Below are positions 8,711 to 18,102 of a stretch of 33,236 nt of DNA, piece by piece. Every line of letters starts with the position of its first letter. Position 1 is the first letter of the stretch. A program made the position numbers and the translations under genes. Source of the stretch: an uncultured Nitrospiraceae bacterium (GTDB lineage Bacteria > Nitrospirota > Thermodesulfovibrionia > Thermodesulfovibrionales > Dissulfurispiraceae); NCBI GenBank assembly GCA_947085205.1, contig CAMTVO010000017.1, positions 1 to 33,236 on the forward strand. Reading direction: 5' to 3'. The notes under the pieces are model-generated. The model was not told the origin of the DNA. It did not search any database and saw nothing but the letters and a program-made list of their open reading frames with translations.

Positions 8711-11164
8711 ATGGTTGAAGCCGATAAAAACTACGATAAAGAGCAGATAGAGATTCCCGATACATTGCCTGTGCTGCCGGCACGCGACATTGTTGTATTC
8801 CCCTACATGATACTCCCACTGTTTGTCGGAAGGGATGTATCAATAAAGGCAATAGACCATTCGCTTAATACAAACAGGATGATACTGCTCCTTACGCAGA
8901 AAGACCTCAATGTTGAGTCGCCTTCACCGGACGACCTATATTCTATGGGCACGGTCTGCATGATTATGAGGATGCTCAAACTCCCTGACGGCCGGGTGAA
9001 AATACTTGCACAGGGGTTGAGCAAAGCAAAGGCATTAAAATTTTCTCAGCAGGAGACGTTCTTCATGGCCGAGATAGAAAAGATTGCAGAAGAAAAGCCT
9101 GTGGAGATGACCCTCGAGAACGAGGCATTAATAAGAAATGTCAAAGAACAGATGGATAAGACCGTATCTCTCGGCAGGACAATGCTGCCCGATGTGATGG
9201 TTGTTATAGAAAACATAGACGATCCCGGAAGGCTTGCAGATCTAATAGCATCCAATCTCGGGCTGAAGACAGAGCAGGCTCAGGAAATACTCGAGATGTC
9301 GGACCCAATCGAGAGGCTGAGAAAGATAAGCGAGATATTAACCAGAGAAATCCAGCTATTAACCATACAGCAGAAAATCCAGACAGAAGCAAGGGGAGAG
9401 ATAGACAAAACTCAGAGGGAATACTTCCTGCGCGAACAACTGAAGGCAATACAGAGGGAGCTTGGCGAGATAGACGAGCGTGCGGAAGAGATAAGGGAGT
9501 TCAAAAAAAAGATAGAAGAAGCAAAGATGCCGGAAAAAGTGATGAAAGAGGCTGAAAAACAGTTGAAGCGTATCGAAAAAATGCATCCTGACAGCGCTGA
9601 GGCTGGAACCATAAGAACATATCTCGAATGGCTTACAGAGCTGCCGTGGTCAAAGAGCACAAAAGACCAGCTCGACATAAAAGTTGGAGAAAAGGTATTA
9701 AACGAAGACCACTACGACCTCGAAAAGGTCAAAGAGAGGATACTCGAATACCTCAGCGTAAGGAAATTGAAGGAAAAAATGAAAGGCCCGATTTTGTGCT
9801 TCATAGGACCTCCAGGCGTAGGAAAGACATCCCTCGGCCGCTCTATAGCCCGCGCTCTCGGGAGGGAATTCGTCAGGATGTCCCTCGGAGGCGTCCGTGA
9901 CGAAGCGGAAATAAGAGGACACAGAAGGACATATGTGGGCGCGCTTCCCGGAAGGATAATTCAGGGAATAAAACAGGCAGGGACGAACAACCCTGTATTC
10001 ATGCTTGATGAGGTAGACAAAATCGGAATGGATTTCAGGGGGGACCCGTCATCAGCGCTCCTTGAAGTCCTTGACCCCGAGCAGAACAATTCGTTTATGG
10101 ATCACTATCTGGCGGTTCCTTTTGACCTGTCGAATGTCATGTTCATAACCACAGGCAACCTTGCGGATACAATACCAAGCCCTCTCAGGGACAGGATGGA
10201 GATATTGTACCTCTCAGGATATACAGAGGAAGAAAAGCTGGAAATAGCAAAGAAATATCTCATTCCTAAACAATTGGAAGAGCATGGCATAACATCGAAA
10301 ATATTAAAGATAAGCGACTCGGCAATTCAGCGGATAATATCACATTACACAAGAGAGGCAGGGGTAAGAAACCTCGAGAGAGAGATAGCAAACCTCTGCA
10401 GAAAGGTTGCAAAACAGGTTGCAGAGGGAAAGGCTAAGAAATTCGATATTACCGGAGGCAATGTCAGGAAATACTTAGGAGTGCCGAAATATCTCCCTGA
10501 AGAAGAGATGAAAAAAGACGATGTTGGAGTCGCCACAGGCCTTGCATGGACAGAGGCAGGCGGCGATGTGATATATGTGGAAGCAACAACCATGAAAGGC
10601 AAAGGCAGCCTTACGCTCACAGGACAGCTCGGCGATGTGATGAAGGAATCTGCGCAGGCTGCATTGAGTTATGTAAGGTCAAAGGCAAAACAGCTTAACA
10701 TCAGCGAGGATGCATTCTCAAAGGTCGACATGCATATCCACGTCCCTGCAGGCGCAATCCCTAAAGACGGACCATCCGCAGGCATAACAATGGCGACTGC
10801 AATAGCATCCGCGCTTACAGGAAAGCCTGTAAGGAAAGATGTTGCCCTGACAGGTGAAGTCACATTGCGCGGAAGGGTTCTTCCGATAGGAGGACTTAAG
10901 GAAAAAACCCTCGCTGCAAAAAGAATGGGCATAAAGACAGTGGTAATTCCACATAGAAATAAAAAAGACCTTGAAGACCTTCCAAAATATGTCAAGGAAG
11001 GAGTGAACTTCGTCCTTGCTGAGACAATGGATGATGTCTTAAAGACAGCCATACCTCATAAAGTTCGGAGTTCAAAAACTACAAAAAAGGTTAGCTCAAC
11101 TAAAAATGAAACTCCATCAAATAGGAGAGTTAAAGCTCCTGCAAGAAGTAAGAAAAAGGTTTAG
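8711..11164 (+). CDS. lon: ATP-dependent Lon protease (LonA)
   Basis: N-domain [13 protein letters not shown], Walker [10 protein letters not shown], catalytic PKDGPSAG and GGLKEK. Confidence 0.98.
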   Translation: MVEADKNYDKEQIEIPDTLPVLPARDIVVFPYMILPLFVGRDVSIKAIDHSLNTNRMILLLTQKDLNVESPSPDDLYSMGTVCMIMRMLKLPDGRVKILAQGLSKAKALKFSQQETFFMAEIEKIAEEKPVEMTLENEALIRNVKEQMDKTVSLGRTMLPDVMVVIENIDDPGRLADLIASNLGLKTEQAQEILEMSDPIERLRKISEILTREIQLLTIQQKIQTEARGEIDKTQREYFLREQLKAIQRELGEIDERAEEIREFKKKIEEAKMPEKVMKEAEKQLKRIEKMHPDSAEAGTIRTYLEWLTELPWSKSTKDQLDIKVGEKVLNEDHYDLEKVKERILEYLSVRKLKEKMKGPILCFIGPPGVGKTSLGRSIARALGREFVRMSLGGVRDEAEIRGHRRTYVGALPGRIIQGIKQAGTNNPVFMLDEVDKIGMDFRGDPSSALLEVLDPEQNNSFMDHYLAVPFDLSNVMFITTGNLADTIPSPLRDRMEILYLSGYTEEEKLEIAKKYLIPKQLEEHGITSKILKISDSAIQRIISHYTREAGVRNLEREIANLCRKVAKQVAEGKAKKFDITGGNVRKYLGVPKYLPEEEMKKDDVGVATGLAWTEAGGDVIYVEATTMKGKGSLTLTGQLGDVMKESAQAALSYVRSKAKQLNISEDAFSKVDMHIHVPAGAIPKDGPSAGITMATAIASALTGKPVRKDVALTGEVTLRGRVLPIGGLKEKTLAAKRMGIKTVVIPHRNKKDLEDLPKYVKEGVNFVLAETMDDVLKTAIPHKVRSSKTTKKVSSTKNETPSNRRVKAPARSKKKV

Positions 11165-12194
11165 CTCTAAAGACAGCAGCATCATTGTGGGTATCGGCGA
11201 TGATGCTGCTGTTATTGCCCCTCAAAAAGAAAAAATCCTTGTCACAACGGATATGATGAACGAGGGGATTCATTTTGATTTAAGCCTTACATCCCCTTTA
11301 CAACTCGGCTTTAAACTTGTGTCTGTCAATGTAAGCGATATTATGGCAATGGGCGGGAAGCCGAAGTATCTATTCCTGAGTATAGCCATGAAAAAGGATA
11401 CAGACGAAGAGATTTTCTGGAAGATGTATGAAGGGATTTCCAATGCAATGAACATCTATGAAGTGAATTTAGTGGGCGGGGATTTGTGTGCTGCAGAAAA
11501 TGACATGGTTCTTTCTGCTACAATAATTGGTGCGGGCGATAAGATTATCGCAAGGAGCGGGGCATCTGTCGGAGATAAGATTTATGTTACAGGTACTGTT
11601 GGCGATTCCGCGTGCGGATTGGAGATATTGAAGAAGCTTGCTCCTGAATCAAAAGATAGAGTTAAGAGTTATGAGTTTAGAGTTAGAAGCAAAAAACAAA
11701 AAAATAAGGACGAAAAGGCATTGTCTTTAACTCATAACTCCAAACTCCTAACTCTTGACTACGAGATTGCCGAGCCTTTGATCAGAAGGCATCTTATGCC
11801 TGTCGCAAGAGACTCCAGTGAGATTGCGAAACACGCGACATCAATGATAGATATAAGTGATGGTTTATTTATCGACCTTTGCAGGGTATGCGATGAAAGC
11901 AATGTGGGTGCAAAGGTTTATCTCGATAAAATACCTGTATCAAAGGAATTGAAGCAAGCTGCTGATATAATGGGCTTAGACCATATACACCTCGCAACAT
12001 CTGGCGGCGAGGATTATGAGCTTTTGTTTACAGCACATCCACACCCCCCCATCCTTCCCTTGTTAAGGGGGGGCGCAGGGGGGGTAAGAATAACCTGCAT
12101 TGGCGAAATCACAGAAAAGGATAGGATTGTTGTGGATAAAAGGGGCAGGGAATTCCCTATCAAAGCAGAGGGATACCAGCATTTTGGAATTTGA
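11106..12194 (+). CDS. thiL: Thiamine-monophosphate kinase, with two in-frame repeat insertions
   Basis: [37 protein letters not shown] and terminal GYQHF. Confidence 0.96.
   Translation: MKLHQIGELKLLQEVRKRFSSKDSSIIVGIGDDAAVIAPQKEKILVTTDMMNEGIHFDLSLTSPLQLGFKLVSVNVSDIMAMGGKPKYLFLSIAMKKDTDEEIFWKMYEGISNAMNIYEVNLVGGDLCAAENDMVLSATIIGAGDKIIARSGASVGDKIYVTGTVGDSACGLEILKKLAPESKDRVKSYEFRVRSKKQKNKDEKALSLTHNSKLLTLDYEIAEPLIRRHLMPVARDSSEIAKHATSMIDISDGLFIDLCRVCDESNVGAKVYLDKIPVSKELKQAADIMGLDHIHLATSGGEDYELLFTAHPHPPILPLLRGGAGGVRITCIGEITEKDRIVVDKRGREFPIKAEGYQHFGI
11657..11760. repeat. Inverted pair of heptamer arrays (NNGAGTT)4 / (AACTCNN)4, in frame in thiL
   Basis: TAGAGTT AAGAGTT ATGAGTT TAGAGTT, 44-nt A-rich spacer, AACTCAT AACTCCA AACTCCT AACTCTT. 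Confidence 0.92.
12043..12085. repeat. C/G-tract palindrome, in frame in thiL
   Basis: ACCCCCCC-AT-CCTTCCCTT-GTT-AAGGGGGGG-CGCA-GGGGGGGT; encodes [14 protein letters not shown]. Confidence 0.88.
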
Positions 12195-12221
12195 AATTTA
12201 ATTCAGAGGGGTATCAGCACT

Positions 12222-12653
12222 TTGGCTCTTCGAGATAAGTTATCTGCGATTTTCAGCGTAAAAGATTCTCCAAAAAAGATTGCAATATCCTTTGCAGTGG
12301 GCATCTTTATCGGCATGTCTCCAATACTCGGGCTGCATACTGTGCTTGGCATTGCCGCTGCATGGATGCTCAGGCTCAATAAATTTGTGACCATAGTCGG
12401 GGTATATATCACCAATCCATGGACTATCGTGCCGATATATACGTTTGCAACATGGTCCGGCGCAAAACTGCTGGGCATGAAGAAAATAATACCGTCCATC
12501 GACTGGAACAATATAAGCTTTAACTATCTATTGAATGAGATGAGCCATCTTTTATTACCCTTTGTCTTTGGAACAACGCTTCTCGGCCTTCTGTCGGCAG
12601 TAGCAGGCTATATCATAATCTATCGGGCAGTAATGAGAAGCAGGCAGGAGTGA
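12222..12653 (+). CDS. DUF2062-family membrane protein
   Basis: DSPKKIAISFAVGIFIGMSP and ITNPWTIVPIY motifs; TTG start. Confidence 0.85.
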   Translation: MALRDKLSAIFSVKDSPKKIAISFAVGIFIGMSPILGLHTVLGIAAAWMLRLNKFVTIVGVYITNPWTIVPIYTFATWSGAKLLGMKKIIPSIDWNNISFNYLLNEMSHLLLPFVFGTTLLGLLSAVAGYIIIYRAVMRSRQE

Positions 12654-12731
12654 AATAAAAGGTTGCATTATGCTGCAAAATGAATTGTAATTATAGCAAA
12701 GCATAACAAATATGAAGAGGAGGCAATATAT

Positions 12732-12923
12732 ATGGCAACAGCAGTTAGGGTATCTGAAGAATTGCTTAACGAGGCACGGGGCATATTTGTCCATAAATTC
12801 AAAATCAAAACGATTGAATATCTTCTTGCTTATCGAATTATTGGAAAGGATTTAGAATTAATTATGATTGGTCCTCATGAAAACTATTATCGTGACTTGA
12901 AAAGTTACCTAAAGAGCAAATAA
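12732..12923 (+). pseudogene. In-frame fusion remnant: ParD-like antitoxin N-terminus plus RelE/ParE-like toxin C-terminus
   Basis: MATAVRVSEELLNEAR (RHH-like start) joined to GIFVHKFKIKTIEYLLAY...IMIGPHENYYRDLK (ParE-like end); strong AGGAGG RBS. Confidence 0.72.
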
Positions 12924-12972
12924 AAGTGATAGGGCAAGAGGGTCATGTCTTGTTTCTTGCATAAATCGCTCT

Positions 12973-13314
12973 TTAATCGCTTGAAGTCCCCTTTAGATAA
13001 TCTCCGAGAAGCCCTCTGCTGTGCTCGTCGTCATGACAATAAATACAGAGATTCTCCCAGTTAGAGCCATCGGAGGGGTTGTTCCGGTGATTCCCGTCTT
13101 TATGGTGTACGGTAAGAATATTCCGGTTTTTGAAATCGAACTCTCTCCCGCATTTGGCGCAGATCAGGCCGTGGATTTTCAGGGATTGTTCCCTGTAATT
13201 GGATGCAGCGGCGGCGCCCTCTTTTAATTCCCTGACGATTTCAGCAGCGGTTTTGCCTACCGCGGGCTTTTGCGGCTGAGGTTTTCTGAATTTTATTCGC
13301 TGTCTGCTTCCCAA
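12973..13314 (-). CDS. YajD-family HNH nuclease
   Basis: YREQSLKIHGLICAKCGREF...LTVHHKDGNHRNNPSDGSNWENLCIYCHDDEH; TTG start 6 nt after AGGAGGTG (the ORF-track GTG lies within the RBS). Confidence 0.88.
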   Translation of the reverse strand: MGSRQRIKFRKPQPQKPAVGKTAAEIVRELKEGAAAASNYREQSLKIHGLICAKCGREFDFKNRNILTVHHKDGNHRNNPSDGSNWENLCIYCHDDEHSRGLLGDYLKGTSSD

Positions 13315-13485
13315 AAAACTCACCTCCTATGGACATTCGGAACACATTATATATTTTACCACAGCCTACAAAACCCCTTTTCTCAAGGCGCTCAGGAATA
13401 CCTCTGGTCCGCCTCATCAGTTAGCCAATTCATGTTATCATAAATAGTTCTACTTTAATAAATAGTATTCCAGTGAGGAACAAAA

Positions 13486-14850
13486 TTGACTACAATTAAC
13501 ATCACAACCCTCGGCTGTCCAAAAAATGTTGTTGATTCAAGACATTTGGCAAGAAGATTTGTATCAGAAGGCTTTGTCCATGTGGATGATGCAAATGATG
13601 CGGATATCCTTCTTGTAAACACATGCGGCTTTATACGGGATGCAAAGGAAGAGTCCATAGAAGAGATACTAGGACTTGCCAAGATGAAAGGTAAAAGGGC
13701 GAAGCTTATTGTATTCGGATGCCTGGCACAAAGATACAGGGATGAACTCCTGAAAGAGATTCCTGAAATAGACGCTATCTTTGGAGTTGGAGAAGATAGC
13801 AACATAATTGAATACTGCAAGGATTTGGCTATAGGCTATAGGCGCGAGGCGATAGGGAATACCAAAATGCCTATTGCCCATTGCCAATCGCCTATCGCCT
13901 CGTCCTATGCCTATCTCAAAATCGCAGAGGGCTGTGATAAAAAATGCACATTCTGCGTTATACCATCCATAAGGGGAAGATTCAGGAGCATTCCACCGGA
14001 ACAAATATTGAAAGAGGCAGAGGAATATATACAGAAAGGCATCAGAGAGTTAATACTCGTGGCGCAGGATATTACTAACTATGGAAAAGAATTAAAGGGA
14101 TATCCCCTTGTATCTTTACTAAAGGATCTGGCATCCATAGATGGTGATTTCCGAATCCGCCTCCTTTATCTTTATCCAACAGAAATAAGTGATGAATTGC
14201 TGGAGTGCATAGCCGGTGAGGACAAAATACAGAAATACCTCGATATACCTCTTCAGCACTCTGAGGATAAGATATTGAGGCTAATGGGAAGAAGAGGAAC
14301 GAGAAAAGAATATATCAAACTGATAAGAAACATCAGGCGCACCATTCCGGGAGTTGCGCTCAGGACAACATTCATCGTTGGATTTCCCGGCGAGACAGAA
14401 GAAGATTTTCATGGACTTGTGGACTTTATAGAAGAAGTACGATTCGACAGGCTTGGGGTCTTCAAATATTCAAAGGAAGAAGGAACGTCAGCATCAAAAC
14501 TCAAAGGGCATGTGCCTGAGAAAGTAAAAAACAGAAGGCTCGATAAGATAATGACAAGACAGGCAGCCATCTCACTTGAGAAAAATAAGGAACTTGTCGG
14601 CAAAAGATACGAGGCGATAATAGACGAATCTGACGATAATGTTGCCATTGCACGGCTTTATTCCCATGCGCCTGAAATAGATGGAGTAATAATTATTGAT
14701 GATTTCAGATTGAAGATTGAAGATTTAAAAACAAAAAAATCCGAAATCATAAATCATAAATCTGCAATCCCAAAGGTTGGTGACATCGTGAAGGTTGAGA
14801 TTGTGGATGCCCTCGATTACGATGTAAAAGGCGTCCTTGCAAACACATAA
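13486..14850 (+). CDS. rimO: Ribosomal protein S12 methylthiotransferase, with two in-frame repeat insertions
   Basis: TLGCPKNVVDS, NTCGFI, YAYLKIAEGCDKKCTFC and TRAM-domain APEIDG. Confidence 0.96.
   Translation: MTTINITTLGCPKNVVDSRHLARRFVSEGFVHVDDANDADILLVNTCGFIRDAKEESIEEILGLAKMKGKRAKLIVFGCLAQRYRDELLKEIPEIDAIFGVGEDSNIIEYCKDLAIGYRREAIGNTKMPIAHCQSPIASSYAYLKIAEGCDKKCTFCVIPSIRGRFRSIPPEQILKEAEEYIQKGIRELILVAQDITNYGKELKGYPLVSLLKDLASIDGDFRIRLLYLYPTEISDELLECIAGEDKIQKYLDIPLQHSEDKILRLMGRRGTRKEYIKLIRNIRRTIPGVALRTTFIVGFPGETEEDFHGLVDFIEEVRFDRLGVFKYSKEEGTSASKLKGHVPEKVKNRRLDKIMTRQAAISLEKNKELVGKRYEAIIDESDDNVAIARLYSHAPEIDGVIIIDDFRLKIEDLKTKKSEIINHKSAIPKVGDIVKVEIVDALDYDVKGVLANT
13827..13899. repeat. Inverted pair of heptamer arrays (GGCKATA)5 / (TATYGCC)5 in the RimO interdomain linker
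   Basis: GGCTATA GGCTATA GGCGCGA GGCGATA GGGAATA, CCA, AAATGCC TATTGCC CATTGCC AATCGCC TATCGCC. Confidence 0.92.
14701..14769. repeat. Inverted pair of heptamer arrays (GATTKAA)4 / (NNAAATC)5 in the RimO TRAM domain
   Basis: GATTTCA GATTGAA GATTGAA GATTTAA, 6 nt, AAAAATC CGAAATC ATAAATC ATAAATC TGCAATC. Confidence 0.9.
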
Positions 14851-14864
14851 TCCTGTGCTATAAT
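14837..14864 (+). promoter_or_regulatory. Extended -10 promoter of the kinase gene (probably leaderless)
   Basis: TTGCAA-16 nt-TATAAT with TGn extension; ATG 7 nt downstream; no SD. Confidence 0.7.
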
Positions 14865-14871
14865 ATACACC

Positions 14872-16110
14872 ATGTCATACGAATCAGGCGAAAAATCCAA
14901 TATCGGCAAAATCCTTTTACGGCATGACATTGCATTTGATGAAAAGCTTCAGGAAGTGCTTACCATTCTAATAGAACTCCTGAAGGTGAAAAGATGCTCC
15001 ATAATGATCATCAATCCCGAAGACTTAACTCTGGAAGTAAAGGCATCGACAAACCCTGAAATAATCGGCTTTAAGAGAAGGCTCTGCGATGTCACAATCT
15101 CCACGCGGGCATTGATAGATGACAAACCATTTCATGCAGATGAAAAGAGAAGGTCATTTTTCACGCCTCTGGACTCTTCTCAATATTCCTCGAAGAACTC
15201 TCTCAGCATTCCGATTAAATACTTTAATGAAAAGCTTGGCGTTATAAATCTCACCGACTCAGAGGAAGGAAAGCCTTTTTCCATAGAACAGGAAATTATA
15301 GCAATGGATGTGGCGCAACATCTGGCGCCGTATATTTATAATGAACAGATAAGAGAACAACTGGATATAAAGATAAAAAAACTCGAAGATGCCAACAAGC
15401 AACTCGCGGAGTTGGATGAATTAAAGACAAATCTTACAAGCTTCATAGTTCATGACCTAAAAGGACCAATCGGTACAATAATGGCAAATCTTGACCTTTT
15501 AAACTACGAACCGCTCACACCGCAGCAATTTGAATACGTCAATCTTGCAGCGGAAGATGTCTATAAAATGCAGAACATGGTTATGAATATCCTTGACGTG
15601 CTTAAGCTCGAAGAAGGAAAGATAAAAATATACAGGGAAGAAACGGATATCTATACTTTAGCTAAAAGAGAGATAACATCACTCAAAAATGTCTTATCCC
15701 GCAGGAATATTGAACTGGCATTGGAAGGGGATTCTCACCTGTGTTATATAGACGAAAATCTCATAGACAGGGTAATAACAAACCTCTTGCGAAATGCAAT
15801 AGAACACTCCCCTGATGGCAGTAATATCACATTGAAAATTCAGTACGATGACAATAAAAAGGAGACATCGATCAGTATAACCGATCAGGGAAAGGGTGTC
15901 CCCGATGATATGAAAGGGAAGATATTCGATAAATTCTTTCAAGTAGAAGGAGAAGCAAAACAGAGAAAAACGAGTACCGGTCTGGGACTGACTTTCTGCA
16001 AGCTGGTGATACATGCGCATGGCGGGGATATCCGGGTCGAGGACTCTGAAAATGGCGGTGCAAAGTTTGCGTTCACCCTCCCTGAAACCCTAAAAGAGGT
16101 GATATCCTGA
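14872..16110 (+). CDS. GAF-domain sensor histidine kinase
   Basis: GAF-like N-terminus, H-box FIVHDLKGP, NLLRNAI, DQGKG, FDKFFQ and TGLGL. Confidence 0.94.
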   Translation: MSYESGEKSNIGKILLRHDIAFDEKLQEVLTILIELLKVKRCSIMIINPEDLTLEVKASTNPEIIGFKRRLCDVTISTRALIDDKPFHADEKRRSFFTPLDSSQYSSKNSLSIPIKYFNEKLGVINLTDSEEGKPFSIEQEIIAMDVAQHLAPYIYNEQIREQLDIKIKKLEDANKQLAELDELKTNLTSFIVHDLKGPIGTIMANLDLLNYEPLTPQQFEYVNLAAEDVYKMQNMVMNILDVLKLEEGKIKIYREETDIYTLAKREITSLKNVLSRRNIELALEGDSHLCYIDENLIDRVITNLLRNAIEHSPDGSNITLKIQYDDNKKETSISITDQGKGVPDDMKGKIFDKFFQVEGEAKQRKTSTGLGLTFCKLVIHAHGGDIRVEDSENGGAKFAFTLPETLKEVIS

Positions 16111-17291
16111 TGTCAATTCCAATGCAATATTTAAATATAAACTGTCTTGTGGTTGATGACGAATCATCCATGCGGAAAACAGTCAGTAACATGCTGACAA
16201 GAATGGGATTCAAAAATATCATTACTGCAGTCGACGGGAAAGAGGCTTTCATCATTATCCAGACTTCGAAAATAGACCTTGTTGTCTGCGACATCAATAT
16301 GCCCGAGATGACAGGGCTTGAACTGTTTAAAACAGTAAGGGAAAATCAAAAATACAGTAATATTATTTTCATATTCGTTACAGCAGAGATAAGAAGACAC
16401 ACTGTTGCAAGGGCTGCAGAGGAGGGAGGAGCGGCATATATCATAAAACCCTTTGTAATGGCCACACTGGAGGATAAAATATCTGCGGTATTGAATAAAA
16501 AGTTCAAGCCGTCCTCACTTGAAACACATCTGAAAAACTTTCAAAGGTATTTAGAAAGCAGGGATTTACAGATAGCAGAGGATGAGCTAAAAAAGGCATC
16601 GGAACTACTACCCGATTCTCCGACAATCATTTACAACTTTGGGCAACTGGCCATTGCCAAAGGAGAGACGGACCAGGCAATTGAGTTTTTCAAAGAGTCC
16701 ATCGCAAAAAAACCGCTTTTTGTAAAGGCATACGATGCGATTGCTAAGATACATGAGGACAGGGTTGATGTAGAATCCGCAATTAAATATTATGAAGCAG
16801 CCCACGAGATAAGCTCTTCAAACACCGACAGGCTCATTATACTGAGCAAGCTCTATAAAAAAGCTGGTAAGACAGAAAGGGCAGAAAATATACTGAAGGA
16901 TGCTGTATCGGATGTAAGACAGGATATTTCCACTTCAGGACATTTAATGGGCGAGATGTATCTGGCGAAGAATGAAAACGAAAAGGCCATTGAAGTGCTC
17001 ATGAAGGCGCACAAGAAAAACCCTTCTGATACGTCCATAATTCAGAGTCTTGCGGAAGCACATCGGAAGCTGGGACAGCAGGAACAGGCAATAGAAAAAT
17101 ATCGTGAGATTCTAAAAATAACTCCAAATAATGCAGATACTCATTACAACATGGGCAAAACGTATTTAGAAATTGGAGATAAAAAAAAGGCAATAGAAGC
17201 AATTAAAAAGGCATGGGAGTTAAATCCATCCTCAAAGGAAATAACTACCGACCTCAAGGCGCTCGTTGAAACGGAAAAGTTTAAAATTTGA
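16110..17291 (+). CDS. Response regulator: receiver domain plus TPR repeats
   Basis: LVVDDE, CDINMPEMTG and YIIKPF, followed by multiple TPR-like helices; no DNA-binding domain. Confidence 0.92.
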   Translation: MSIPMQYLNINCLVVDDESSMRKTVSNMLTRMGFKNIITAVDGKEAFIIIQTSKIDLVVCDINMPEMTGLELFKTVRENQKYSNIIFIFVTAEIRRHTVARAAEEGGAAYIIKPFVMATLEDKISAVLNKKFKPSSLETHLKNFQRYLESRDLQIAEDELKKASELLPDSPTIIYNFGQLAIAKGETDQAIEFFKESIAKKPLFVKAYDAIAKIHEDRVDVESAIKYYEAAHEISSSNTDRLIILSKLYKKAGKTERAENILKDAVSDVRQDISTSGHLMGEMYLAKNENEKAIEVLMKAHKKNPSDTSIIQSLAEAHRKLGQQEQAIEKYREILKITPNNADTHYNMGKTYLEIGDKKKAIEAIKKAWELNPSSKEITTDLKALVETEKFKI

Positions 17292-17310
17292 TTATTCTGA
17301 CAATTGATAA

Positions 17311-18102
17311 ATGGATACAGAAATATTCAAGGCAGTAATACTTGGCATTGTAGAAGGCATTACCGAATTTTTACCCGTATCTTCAACAGGTCATCTTATC
17401 CTTGCGGGTGATATGCTCGGTTTTACCGGGGATAAGGCAAAGACTTTTGAGGTATTTATACAGCTTGGCGCGATACTGGCAGTGGTATGGATGTATCGTG
17501 AGAGGGTATTATCGTCCATAAAAGGGATTGGCACAGAAAAGACAAACCGTTTTTTATTAAGCCTCTCGATAGCATTCCTGCCTGCTGTGTTTCTGGGGCT
17601 TCTCACACACTCTTTTATAAAAAACAATTTATTTAATCCGATAACAGTTGCATTTGCGCTTATCTCAGGCGGCATTGCCATACTTGTGATTGAAAGGGTT
17701 GTTAAAAAACCGGTTGTTATGGATATGGATGAGATGTCGTTTAAGCAGGCGCTGGGCATTGGTTTGGCCCAGACCTTGTCTCTTTTCCCAGGTGTTTCAA
17801 GAGCCGGGGCAACAATAATGGGCGCCATGTGCTTTGGGCTGGAGCGAAAGGTAGCCACAGAGTTCTCATTCTTCCTCGCAATACCCACCATGTTTGCCGC
17901 TACATCGTATGATCTATTGAAAAGCATTCATAGCCTAAACACAAACGATATACCTACTTTTGCGGCCGGCTTCTTCGCCTCCTTTTCCTCCGCACTGCTT
18001 GTTATAAAGGCGTTTTTAGGATTCGTTACAAGGCATACCTTTGACTCCTTTGCCATATACCGCATTGTCTTTGGCGCCGTTATACTCTTTTACTATCTGT
18101 AA
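17311..18102 (+). CDS. uppP: Undecaprenyl-diphosphate phosphatase (BacA)
   Basis: GIVEGITEFLPVSSTGH, PGVSRAGATI and EFSFFLAIP. Confidence 0.97.
   Translation: MDTEIFKAVILGIVEGITEFLPVSSTGHLILAGDMLGFTGDKAKTFEVFIQLGAILAVVWMYRERVLSSIKGIGTEKTNRFLLSLSIAFLPAVFLGLLTHSFIKNNLFNPITVAFALISGGIAILVIERVVKKPVVMDMDEMSFKQALGIGLAQTLSLFPGVSRAGATIMGAMCFGLERKVATEFSFFLAIPTMFAATSYDLLKSIHSLNTNDIPTFAAGFFASFSSALLVIKAFLGFVTRHTFDSFAIYRIVFGAVILFYYL

Noticed and set aside
12183..12203. TTTGGAA TTTGAAA at the thiL stop as another heptamer array
   Set aside because: Only two AT-rich units; within chance
12934..12960. GCAAGA...TCTTGC stem between convergent genes as a terminator or REP
   Set aside because: Short stem, large loop, no U-tract and single copy; cannot be supported
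11657..14769. In-frame inserts as inteins or self-splicing introns
   Set aside because: Too short, with no intein terminal motifs or intron core; stop avoidance indicates they are translated
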